Below, piece after piece: positions 47,789-58,517 of a DNA stretch of 64,000 nt (the first letter of the stretch is position 1; each line of letters opens with the position of its first letter). The notes under the pieces were generated by a model, which saw only the letters and a list, made by a program, of their open reading frames with translations, was not told the DNA's origin and ran no database searches. Position numbers and translations under genes: made by a program. The stretch spans positions 1-64,000 of the forward strand of contig BCKQ01000005.1 in NCBI GenBank assembly GCA_001600695.1. The letters are read 5' to 3'. This stretch comes from Ascoidea asiatica JCM 7603 (Eukaryota; Fungi; Ascomycota).

Positions 47789-47959
47789 TTTTTAAAAAAA
47801 ATTGAATTGATTCATGAATGAAATCAATTGAATCAATTCATGGGGATATAGAATATTAAATTGGTGAAATATGTATATATTTGACTGTATTTATGGATTA
47901 TGGAATATGAATTGAATCTAGTATATTTCTGCTGTACAGGCAGATCAATCAACTTATTG

Positions 47960-48024
47960 GAAGCAGAAGCAGAAGCAGAAGCAGAAGCAGAAGCAGAAAC
48001 AGAAACAGAAGCAGAAACAGAAAC
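47960..48024. repeat. Hexanucleotide microsatellite (GAAGCA/GAAACA)n
   Basis: About 10 tandem units. Confidence 0.9.
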
Positions 48025-49492
48025 AAATCTCGAGCTGATCCTGCACCCGGTGCAAAATGAAAAAAGTGAGTAAATAGCACACGTGTGCTACAGAGGCCAT
48101 TTAAAGGGGACGGTTAGAACGGTCAGGTGATGAAGATTTGAACGTTGCATGTGACGCACTTCTGCACGCAATTTAAGACGCGATTGTCACGCTGAGATGT
48201 GCTTAGTCAGCTGAAGATGGAATATATTTTAAATTTTAGCTTTCACTGAAATGTTACTATTACGTAACATTTCAGTTGTTGTTGTTGTACAGAGAAATTT
48301 TCTCCCTGGTATTAACATAGCTTGCTTTTCACTTTTCCTTTTCACATAATATATTCACTCTTTCTGTGTAGCTGATACTTTTAGTAGTTGAATTTACATT
48401 GATGCGTGCGTTTGGCAGTTGGTTTTGGTTTTGAGTGCGCAAGCGTTGGAAAAGACCACTCTCTGGCCAATCGCAGGGCAGCGAACACCGCAACCTCTGG
48501 GCTTGTTCAGGACTCCAGCGTCGGATCCAGCAACGGATCACAGGGAACCTCGGGGCTTGTCTCTGGTTTGTATGAGGGTTTGTGTCAGGGTTTGCGGGTT
48601 TTTCTTGTAGTTTTACATGGCAATATTAATCGACCTCTGTTCGGGGTGTTCTCACTGACCACAGCGGGCCTGAGTGGTCTGCAGCGCTAGTTTTAACAAC
48701 AGAGGGTTTTATGTCATTCATGACCAAAAGGCCACTTTGTGCGTCTTTCAACAGCCCCTGGTGAAAACAACCCAATCCACAACTACAGTTAATCCGGAAG
48801 CACTCATATATCTGATATTATACTGGAAATTGCTAATAAATGCCAGCTCAAATTTATATTTGTGTTGCAAGAATCAACTGCCCCACCCTTATTCAATGCA
48901 ACAATTGACTTTGTGGCAATGGCAATTCAGTTCCGTTTTGAGAAAAAAAACCAAAGTTCCATTTCATCCATTGAGAAAAGATACCCATGACGGCACCGTA
49001 GTGCAGCTCAGCTGCTGCTTATTTTTCTGCCTGTCCTTCTGTCTCTGGCTTATCGATTAGAAGAGCATATGCCTTATTGCTGGAACTATTTCTTGTTTAT
49101 TCCGAGAGATATATCTGCACCCTGCAACAAAACCTTTCTTCCCGAGGACCCGCTCCATTACTCCTACTAGCCCCACATGCGCCACTTATGAACACTTTTC
49201 ATCGGGTCTGAAGTGAACTTCAGAAACAGAAAAATCCTTTCCCGTTTTCAGCATGCGACCCGCGCTCTTTTTTTCCCGCATGCAGCCCACGTACACTCAC
49301 ATTCTCTAGCCATCTCCAACTTCTTCCCGCTGCTGTGTTTTTAAATCGAACTGGATCAGAGAAAATTCCAAGTTCCACTTTCATTTTCAACTTCCAAATT
49401 CAATGACTACTTTTTGAAAGTTAAATTCACAGCCAGTAAAACTTCAATAAAATATCAATTTCAATCTCCAGGAATTAATTTCAATTATTTAT

Positions 49493-49661
49493 TAATAAAA
49501 TAAAATAAAATAAAATAAAATAAAATAAAAACATCAATACAATAAAATATAAACTTCAATAGCAAAAAAAAGCAAAACATCAAAATATCAAAATATCAAA
49601 ATATCAAAACATCAAAATATTCAATTATCCAATTATTCAATTATTCAATTATTCAATTATC
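49493..49661. repeat. Stacked simple repeats (AATAA)n, (AAAATATC)n, (TCAATTAT)n in the CIT1 upstream region
   Basis: Three different tandem arrays within 170 bp. Confidence 0.85.
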
Positions 49662-49994
49662 AAAATAAGTTTAGTGTTTTTTTTTATCACTTTCCATCTT
49701 ATAAATTTTGTAATTTAAAACTTTTTATATAAAAACTATTTATTCTCTTTATTTTTCTTTAAATTCATTTTCATTTATTTATTTATTTATTTATTTTTGC
49801 TTTTCCTATCTTTCAAATTTCCTAAAGAAGTTTTAATTCATATTCTTTATTTTTCTAATCAATTTAATTTCTTTTAAATTCAATATATTATCTTTATATT
49901 ATCTTTAAATTATTTATAATTATATTCAAATATATTCAAATATTACTAATATCCAAATTTCCAATATAATTAAACAAATATAATCAAATAAAAA

Positions 49995-51431
49995 ATGGCT
50001 TCTTTTGCTTCAAAAATTACTTCTATTTCTTCTAAAAAATATTTAAATAATATTAAATTACAGAATAATTTATTCAATTCAACTTTACGTTCATATTCAA
50101 CAACAAATGAAAAAAATTTAAAAGAACGTTTTGCAGAAATATATCCTGAAAAAGCTGAACAAATTAAAAAATTTAAAAAAGATCATGCAAAAACTGTTAT
50201 TGGTGAAGTTTTATTAGAACAAGCTTATGGCGGTATGAGAGGTATAAAAGGTATTGTATGGGAAGGTTCCGTTTTAGATCCTTTAGAAGGTATAAGATTT
50301 AGAGGTAGAACAATTCCTGATATTCAAAAAGAATTACCAAAAGCTGTTGGTGGTTCAGAACCTTTACCTGAAGCTTTATTTTGGTTATTATTAACTGGTG
50401 AAATTCCAACTCAATCTCAAGTTAAAACTTTTTCTCAAGAATTAGCTGCAAGATCTGATTTACCAAAACATGTAATTGATTTATTAGATAGATGTCCATC
50501 AAATTTACATCCAATGGCTCAATTTTCTTTAGCAATTACTGCTTTAGAATCTGAATCTGAATTTGCAAAAGCTTATGCAAAAGGTGTTAATAAAAAAGAT
50601 TATTGGTCTTATACCTTTGATGATTCAATTAATTTATTAGCTAAATTACCTTTAATTGCTTCAAAAATTTATACAAATGTATTTAAAGATGGTAAATTAC
50701 CTTCAATTAATAAAGATTTAGATTATGGTGCAAATTTAGCTAATTTATTAGGTTATGGTTCAAATAATGAATTTATTGAATTAATGAGATTATATTTAAC
50801 AATTCATTCGGATCATGAAGGTGGTAATGTTTCTGCTCATACAACTCATTTAGTTGGTTCAGCTTTATCTTCTCCATTTTTATCTCTTGCTGCTGGTATG
50901 AATGGTTTAGCTGGTCCTTTACATGGTAGAGCTAATCAAGAAGTTCTTGAATGGTTATTTAAAATGAAATCTCAATTAAATGGTGATTATTCAAAAGAAT
51001 CAATTGAAAAATATTTATGGGATACTCTTAATTCTGGTAGAGTTGTACCAGGTTATGGTCATGCTGTTTTGAGAAAAACTGATCCAAGATATACTGCCCA
51101 AAGAGAATTTGCTTTAAAACATATGCCTGATTATGAATTATTTAAATTAGTTTCAATGATTTATCAAGTTGCTCCTGGTGTTTTAACAAAACATGGTAAA
51201 ACTAAAAATCCATGGCCAAATGTAGATTCTCATTCTGGTGTTTTATTACAATATTATGGTTTAACTCAAGCTTCATTTTATACTGTTTTATTCGGTGTTG
51301 CTAGAGCTTTTGGTGTTTTACCACAATTAATTTTAGATAGAGCTTATGGTATGTCAATTGAAAGACCAAAATCATTTAGTACTGAAAAATATATGGAATT
51401 AGTCAAAAATATTGAATCAAAAAATAATTAG
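49995..51431 (+). CDS. CIT1: Mitochondrial citrate synthase
   Basis: [54 protein letters not shown]; presequence present. Confidence 0.98.
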   Translation: MASFASKITSISSKKYLNNIKLQNNLFNSTLRSYSTTNEKNLKERFAEIYPEKAEQIKKFKKDHAKTVIGEVLLEQAYGGMRGIKGIVWEGSVLDPLEGIRFRGRTIPDIQKELPKAVGGSEPLPEALFWLLLTGEIPTQSQVKTFSQELAARSDLPKHVIDLLDRCPSNLHPMAQFSLAITALESESEFAKAYAKGVNKKDYWSYTFDDSINLLAKLPLIASKIYTNVFKDGKLPSINKDLDYGANLANLLGYGSNNEFIELMRLYLTIHSDHEGGNVSAHTTHLVGSALSSPFLSLAAGMNGLAGPLHGRANQEVLEWLFKMKSQLNGDYSKESIEKYLWDTLNSGRVVPGYGHAVLRKTDPRYTAQREFALKHMPDYELFKLVSMIYQVAPGVLTKHGKTKNPWPNVDSHSGVLLQYYGLTQASFYTVLFGVARAFGVLPQLILDRAYGMSIERPKSFSTEKYMELVKNIESKNN

Positions 51432-52186
51432 TTAAATAATTTTTTTTCCAATTACATAAATTTTTATACATATAAACTTTAGATATAGATGTTTTTTTAT
51501 TTTCATCTAATTTATTTCTTGTAATTTCTTTTCTTTAACAAATTTATTATATAGTTTAATGACATTTTAATAAATTTTGATGTTTAATGTTCAATCCATT
51601 TTTTTTACATTTATTTTTCAGACAATGTCTTAAACCCTTAAATTTTCTTCCTTTTAGCAAATTTTAAATTCAAAATTTATTCGGATAGCGATCATATTTT
51701 AGAACTTTATTACTACTCATTTCTTCATTTTCCCTTTAACCAAGAAAAAATAAAAAATGAGTACATATTTCAATATTATTAGTAGTACTACAATACTAAT
51801 AACTGCTATACTAAATCGTTTTTCTTTGTACATACATTATAAAAGTAATTTCATTTGAATATTAACTGAGATAACTTACTTCTTTAATCACATTATACAT
51901 TTTCTTTTCTTAATTACACTAAAAATATTTAGATGAAAGTCAATGAATAATAATATAGAGAATATAATATTAATTACTACTGAATATTTGCTAGTAGTAA
52001 TGAAATTGTCAAAAATAAAATACATATTAATTTGAAATAATAAGTGCATATATTATACTAAATAAAAGAAAACTGATATTCTATAGATAAAAAAATTCTT
52101 TTCTAAAACTTAATTTTAATACCAATAAAATAAACAAACAAATTTTATTTAAAGAAAAAATGAAGCAAATATCACTATCAATGAAC

Positions 52187-53041
52187 TTATGATCTGTATC
52201 TCCATAAAGATAAAGTGTTGTGTTTTTTCCAAATATGATGACGACCAGATTTAGTATTGTTGAAACGATGACCTTTATTGATACCTCTTGATTTTTTACC
52301 AGTAGAAGTTAAACCTCTTGATTCTCTGTGTTTATGAACAGGATTACAGATCCAATTATATTTTGGATCTCTTCTAATAGCTTTATGAGATGGATCAACT
52401 AAAATAACTTCAAAATATTTATAAGTTGAATCTTGATTAACCCAATAAGAATTTAAAACTCTTAAATTGGCAGCACGTCTTCCAACTCTTTCTTCAGCAG
52501 TTGAACGTAAAGCTCTTTGGTATTTTAATTGGGCTACACCTTGATTAGTTGGTTTACCATAAGTGGCACCTTTAGAAACAGGTCTCTTTCTATTACCTCT
52601 TCTAACTCTAATTCTGTAAATAACAAAACCTTGTTTAGCTTTATAACCTAATCTTCTAGCTTTATCAGGTCTTGATGGTCTTGAAGCACGATGGATTACA
52701 GTTTTTTGTCTATATTCCCAACATCTGACACGATATAAAAAACGCATAACATCAGACTGTTTTTTACGTTGTAACTCTTCTAAATATTTGTAGGCACCCA
52801 CTTTATAAAATTGAAAAAAAAAAAATCCAAAATAAACTAGTTAGTAAAATTATTCCCTAGTAATAACATTTTTGTTAAATTAATCATTTCCATCAGATTC
52901 AAAAATTTATTCAGAAGCATATAACTCAAATAACAATAAATTGACCATAATTGCAAAATATTATAACATTGAGAGTATGCTTCTAAAATTTCTCAAATGA
53001 TGGCAGATAGGGCCACATTGATATGGTCATCAAAACATACT
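52187..53041 (-). CDS. RPL15: 60S ribosomal protein L15 (eL15), exons 53041 (1 coding nt) and 52800-52187
   Basis: [26 protein letters not shown]. The track's GTG start is really the intron acceptor G plus TG. Confidence 0.97.
52801..53040 (-). other. Spliceosomal intron (240 nt) splitting the RPL15 start codon A|TG
   Basis: GTATGT at 53040, TACTAAC at 52846-52840, long U tract, AAG at 52803-52801. Confidence 0.92.
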
Positions 53042-53302
53042 CTTTAATATAGTTGATTTTGTTTCACCTTTTTCTTCTCTTTCAGCAGCTTACTCAATCT
53101 TCTCAACAAAGTTTTCTAAATAAATATTTCATCTTCCTTTGTATAGACTTAACAGTTATTTTGTTCAATTTTTCGTTCCATACAAAACGGAATCTTCCCT
53201 GAACCACTAAGCTACCCTGCGCAGTGAGTCTCTTTGGTCAATTCCACCGAGCTGGGCCTGAAGCAGTGGCTAGTTTTTGAATGAGCTTCCCAAAATACTA
53301 AT

Positions 53303-53423
53303 TCACGTGCTTGTCAAAATAACAAGAAAGACAGTCACACGCTCACGGTTACAGAGCTCGCAACCTTTTTTTTTCAGACTTATTATTTCAAAAATTAGAG
53401 CCCTAGTGTTTAAAGAGGGTAAC
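53303..53423. promoter_or_regulatory. Cbf1 site (TCACGTG 53303-53309) and Tbf1-like motifs (AGCCCTAG 53399-53406, AGGGTAA) in the RPL15 promoter
   Basis: Motif matches 260-380 bp upstream of the start codon. Confidence 0.45.
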
Positions 53424-53751
53424 TTCATTGCGGATTCAGACGAACTTCAAAATGACTAAATCCTTGTTTCTGGTCTCTAATTCGGTTTTAAAAATACTTT
53501 CTGTCGCAAGAGTTCGGTGATTAAGATTTACGTTTGTTTTGTAAGACACAAAGAGAAATGAGTCTGTCTAATTTACTGGATTTGGTCATTTTATTGGAAA
53601 AGTTTATAAACATTATTAAAAATAGAATAACATGTTGACCAAAAAATATAGAAAATTCATGAATATGCATAGAATAATTAAAAGAAAAAAACAAGAAGTG
53701 AATAAGGAAAAATAATATATATGAAATCATTTTGAGATTGTGGAATGGGTA

Positions 53752-56700
53752 TCATTTTTTTTTAAGCAATAGGTATGTTACGGAAGCAGAAGAATTGTCA
53801 TTTAAAGTACGAGATCGATTATCTGTTTCTATTATATCTTGATTTTCGGCAATGAACTTTTTAAAATTCTTTATGATATTTTTAGTTTTTTGAATACCCT
53901 TTGAAGGAGAAATTTTTGATTCTTCATCAATGTTTATTGTTTGTTTTCTTGAATTTTTTTGTCTAATTCTTTCCTTAAGTAGTGAAAATTGTTCTTTCAT
54001 TTCCAAATTATTTTTAAAATTATGTTGATGACGAGCTAGCTCCTCAGACCTATCAAATTTAGTTTTTTCAGATTCCATGTTTTCTGTATTAATAAAACTT
54101 AATGTTTTCTTCACAAATTCGGAAGTTATTTGAATTTTTCGCCTTTTAACAATTCCATGCTCTTCAGTTTCTAATTCTCTTTTATACCCTAGTTTTTCGT
54201 CTTCTTTATCTTCTTTTTCTGCTTCGATGTTATTATCATTTAAAATTTCTTCTTCAATTCCAAGTTCATCATCATACTCATTTTTTAAACTATCTTCAAG
54301 TAATGATTTTAATCTATTTGTATTACTATCATCTGTAATACTTTCAAAAAATGCTTTTGTTTTCTCATTCTTTGCTAAATTACTAATTGCTTGATTTTCA
54401 AGTAATTTTTTTCTTTGTAAAGCAGCTTTTCTTCTATGAAATTTCATCAATTCAACATTATCAATTTCATCATCACTATATTCCAAATCTTCCAATCCAT
54501 TTCTTCCTGAAATCCCTCCCTGTCCTCTGGATCTTAGTTTTCCAGTTTTGATATCTAATAATAATTTTGTAACAGCTTGTTTATCCATTGCTAAATCTTC
54601 AGAATTTACTAATTGTTGCACCTTTGAGACGTTATTCTTTACTCGAGAACTATCATTAATCATTTTTTCATCGTCAGAGTTTAATTCTTCATTTAAAGCA
54701 TCTTCCCCATCAATTCCTCCTATTCCTTGCCATTCATCTTCAGATTCGATGGCTTCTTCCTCTAAAATATCTTTTAAGCCTGCTTTTGCAAACTCTTTGA
54801 TTTTTTCTTTTCTTTTAAGTTCTGCTGTTCGCTGATTTTGAATAGCCAATTTCAAAGCCGATATTTTCATTCCTTTATTATTCTTTTTATTATGCTTTTC
54901 ATCATTATTGTCACTTTCAATTTCGATCTCACTATTAGCATCCGAACTTGAAAATTCTTTATCCTTTTCATTATCTGAATCATTATTCAAAGGATTTTTT
55001 GATTTACTAGAACTTTTGTGATTATGGTCAAAATCTTTATCAAAATCATCATCCTCAGAATCTATAAAGGCTTGCTTTCGTAATTTTTTTCGATATCCAT
55101 TATTAATAATATTATTATTCTCTGGTTCATTATCACTTCCCCAGTCAGTGACTTGCCCATGTTCTGTTCGAATTCTATTCAAGATATCATTATTCTGTGT
55201 TGATGTATATTTAACTTGGGTTGGCTCCAATTGGGATAATGATGTCTTTCCAAAAAGATTCTCAATTTTTTGAGTTAATCTCAATCCTAAATCATCCTCG
55301 TTTACTTTCTCAACTTTATTATCAAAATTACGCTCGGAATCCGAAAGATTTTTATCTTCTAAAGACAGAATTTCTCCTTCAGACATATGAACTTGTTCTT
55401 TATCGTCTATTAAAACATTTGATCTATTTTTTTCATAAACTTTTATTTTTACCTTTTCAAAGCCTCCTTGTTCAAGATTATTTTTTTCTGAAACTTTTTG
55501 ACTTTTATTAGAGTTACTTACTTCAACTTCTTCTTCAAACTGGCTTTCATTTTCAGTATCCGTTTCATCAATTTTTTTAATGTTCTCAACTTTTTCATCT
55601 ATATTATAAAAAATGGACTGGTTATCTTTAGCAGCTAAGGCTATTTCTTCTTCATCCAATTCTTCGTCTAATTCTTCATCTCCCATATATTCTACATCAT
55701 CATCACTGTTATCATCATTATTATCTGAATCTTCATCTATATCATGAATTTTATTCTTTTCCTTAAAAAGTTTCTTTTCTCTTCGGTTTTTTCTTTCTCT
55801 TTCTTTTATCTTCATTGTACGCTCTATTTCCTTTTCCAAAAGATTTTCTACTTCCAAAGTATCAACATCAACAGAAGCATTAATAACTTCAGAAACATTT
55901 TTTTCATCTTTTTGTCTTTGTCTTTTTTCTTTAATCATCTGGTTAACAATTTTTTTTTTTAACATCATTAATGTTTCTCGTTGTTTTATTTTATTTAGTT
56001 GATTTTCATCAATAAAAATATTTTTTAATGTTGAATTATCAACTGGGTTCTTTTTGCTATTTTTTTTACTAATTTTATTTTTGATTTCTATAAACATTCT
56101 TTTATCTTTAACTAATAATTCATTGTCAGAAGACAGATCACTAGAAGAATCAGAAAAATCAAGATCTATTAAATCCCCAGGATTATTTCTTCTTAATTTA
56201 TTTTTATATGTTGAAAGAGGACTTTTGAGTATTGAATTTGGATCAATATTTTCTTTTATTTGGGATAATTTCTTTTCGGAATTCTTTTTCTGATTTTCGA
56301 CACTTTCTATTTTAACTTTTTTAGGAGTTTCATTAATAACATCAAGAATATTGAACTTCTCCAAATTAAAGTCAGAATCGGAATCCGAATCCGAATCAAA
56401 ATTGGAATCAAAATGTGAATTGATATTATTATTATTATTAGAAACTTTAGCTTCATGTTTGGTTGTATGATTATCAGATTCATCTGACGACAAAATATTT
56501 ATTTCTTTGGTTTCTAGATTCAAAGATTTATTATTAGCTTTTGGAGCCTTAAGAAATTCTCCATTTGAATAACCAAATCGAGAAAGAAATTCATTTTTTT
56601 CAAAAGCTTGAATAGTTATAGGCTCATATGTTAAACCTCTTTTTGAAACTAATTGTTGAGTTTTTAGAGCAAGTTCAGTATCTTCAACTTCTTTGTCAAT

Positions 56701-57456
56701 CTTTTTTTGAGATTGAGATTTTTGATAAGTATATTTTCCTTCAATTAAATCAAGAATTCTTGGTTTAGACTTTTTGGAAGAAGGAATATTTGAAGCTTTA
56801 TTTTTAGAAGAGAATATTTTAGAAGATATATTATCATCATCCGAGAATATTTCATCCAATTTATTATTTGAAATATTTGAAATATTTGAATCGCCAGAGG
56901 AATTAAGAAGTTTATTTTTACTTTTTATTTTTTTTGTGATTTCTTCTTTAGCTATACGTTCTTTACGTTTTTTTTCAGCCAATTTCTGAATCTTAATAAG
57001 TCTTAATTTTTTAACTTCATTTGATTCATCGATTTCATCATTATTCCCATAATCTACATTATTAATGTTTTGATTATTTCCTTGATTATTCTCTTGAATA
57101 ATTTTGTCATTATCTATGCCATTTTCTGTAGAGAAAGTTTTGTTGTTAAGTAAAGTCTCAGAATTAGTAAAAATCTGAGAGCTTGAAATAATTGAATGAT
57201 TAGGAAGTGTTGAATCTATTGGATTATCGATTTGAGTGGAAGTTGAATCTATAACTTCAGAAGAAGTACTATTAAAAATTTGAGGATTCGAATAATTGTT
57301 TATTTTTTGAGTAGTATCATTAAATTCTTGAATATTAGAATCAAAAACTTGTGTCGAAGCAGTAGTCTGAGAATTTGAAGAATCGTTGACAGTTGAAACT
57401 AAAGAGGTTAGTGACTTTAAAAATGTTAAAGATGTATTTATTATTTGTGTTGACAT
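53752..57456 (-). CDS. MRC1: Replication checkpoint mediator Mrc1 (claspin-like)
   Basis: EEEAIESEDEWQGIGGIDGE, LLDIKTGKLRSRG, NEKTKAFFESI; many SQ/TQ sites. Confidence 0.92.
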   Translation of the reverse strand: MSTQIINTSLTFLKSLTSLVSTVNDSSNSQTTASTQVFDSNIQEFNDTTQKINNYSNPQIFNSTSSEVIDSTSTQIDNPIDSTLPNHSIISSSQIFTNSETLLNNKTFSTENGIDNDKIIQENNQGNNQNINNVDYGNNDEIDESNEVKKLRLIKIQKLAEKKRKERIAKEEITKKIKSKNKLLNSSGDSNISNISNNKLDEIFSDDDNISSKIFSSKNKASNIPSSKKSKPRILDLIEGKYTYQKSQSQKKIDKEVEDTELALKTQQLVSKRGLTYEPITIQAFEKNEFLSRFGYSNGEFLKAPKANNKSLNLETKEINILSSDESDNHTTKHEAKVSNNNNNINSHFDSNFDSDSDSDSDFNLEKFNILDVINETPKKVKIESVENQKKNSEKKLSQIKENIDPNSILKSPLSTYKNKLRRNNPGDLIDLDFSDSSSDLSSDNELLVKDKRMFIEIKNKISKKNSKKNPVDNSTLKNIFIDENQLNKIKQRETLMMLKKKIVNQMIKEKRQRQKDEKNVSEVINASVDVDTLEVENLLEKEIERTMKIKERERKNRREKKLFKEKNKIHDIDEDSDNNDDNSDDDVEYMGDEELDEELDEEEIALAAKDNQSIFYNIDEKVENIKKIDETDTENESQFEEEVEVSNSNKSQKVSEKNNLEQGGFEKVKIKVYEKNRSNVLIDDKEQVHMSEGEILSLEDKNLSDSERNFDNKVEKVNEDDLGLRLTQKIENLFGKTSLSQLEPTQVKYTSTQNNDILNRIRTEHGQVTDWGSDNEPENNNIINNGYRKKLRKQAFIDSEDDDFDKDFDHNHKSSSKSKNPLNNDSDNEKDKEFSSSDANSEIEIESDNNDEKHNKKNNKGMKISALKLAIQNQRTAELKRKEKIKEFAKAGLKDILEEEAIESEDEWQGIGGIDGEDALNEELNSDDEKMINDSSRVKNNVSKVQQLVNSEDLAMDKQAVTKLLLDIKTGKLRSRGQGGISGRNGLEDLEYSDDEIDNVELMKFHRRKAALQRKKLLENQAISNLAKNEKTKAFFESITDDSNTNRLKSLLEDSLKNEYDDELGIEEEILNDNNIEAEKEDKEDEKLGYKRELETEEHGIVKRRKIQITSEFVKKTLSFINTENMESEKTKFDRSEELARHQHNFKNNLEMKEQFSLLKERIRQKNSRKQTINIDEESKISPSKGIQKTKNIIKNFKKFIAENQDIIETDNRSRTLNDNSSASVTYLLLKKK

Positions 57457-57699
57457 TTCTTTGAATTTGTATTTGGTGAAAAAGCAAAGAACATCAAACT
57501 ATTGTAATAAAAATATTAATAATTGACGTATTCGTTACTATGAAATCTATTTGAATGTAACTGATCAAATAGATTAAAATGAAAGAAAAGGAAATAATAT
57601 CAAAGTACTAGTTTTATATTTCAATAATTTATATATTTTCGTTTCTGCAAACAAGCAAATCAAACTATTATTTTACTGATACTGTAAACAGTATCTCAA

Positions 57700-57880
57700 A
57701 CGCGTAAAGAAATTGTTTATTATTTTTTGTTTTTTCACGGTTTCATTGTTTCGAACTTTAAACACCAAATTTATTACGCGTCATTTATATTGAGCCACCA
57801 CTAGCCCTTCTGACACTAAACACAGCCTTTTAAACCCAAAAATAGAGCTTTTTAAACATAGTGTGGCTGTGTATACGCGT
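57700..57880. promoter_or_regulatory. Three MCB boxes (ACGCGT) in the MRC1/STB1 divergent promoter
   Basis: Exact ACGCGT at 57700, 57776 and 57875, plus further CGCG cores. Confidence 0.7.
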
Positions 57881-58517
57881 ATTCGCGTATGCTCACGTCT
57901 ATTGCATGTTTTCGCATACTTTGTATTGTGATCCCTGCCACAGGGCGCCGTCTGGCCACAAAGATCTGGGACCTGTCCGGACTGGGCAGCTGGGTACCTG
58001 GATAAAGGGTACGTTTAACACGCTTTCGGAGCGTTGGTGCACACATCCGGATGGAGATCGCGGGAGAAAACACAGATGAAATTTCCATTTGCAGCGCGTT
58101 CGAAGCTTGTGTGGAAGCCACCGAAACAGTGCGGTTTCCAGATTGAAATGCGAATTTCCCTTTTCCAATTATGAACTGTGTGTTAGCCTGTGGGCTACCG
58201 CAATAATTTGAATACGACAGACGTTTTTGGTATTTTCATATTCATGATTGAAATACTAAAGTGCTGTATAAACTTTGTATTTTTGGTATGAAGAATATTC
58301 AGATTCCTTTAAATTGTATTCTTTTTCCGATTGATTGATTTTGGATTTTCAAAATTGGTAAAACAATCAATCAATATTCTTTGTTTTTAGATATAACTTA
58401 TAATAATTTCGATATTAATAAGAAAATACCAATAGTAAGAATTAAACTTGTTTTAACGGTCAATTAGTTATATTGTTTTATAGAATTTTCTTTTAAATAT
58501 ATTATCATTGAAAACAA

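Noticed and set aside
48288-48300. ACAGAGA motif suggesting U6 snRNA
   Set aside because: The flanking U6 sequence (AGATTAGCATGG-like) is absent.
48329-49060. ORFs in the MDL1-CIT1 intergenic region
   Set aside because: Mostly non-ATG starts, Cys/Trp-rich random-looking composition and no recognisable family.
57441-57494. Out-of-frame upstream ATG overlapping the MRC1 start
   Set aside because: Only 38 nt upstream, poor context and possibly outside the transcript; no further support.
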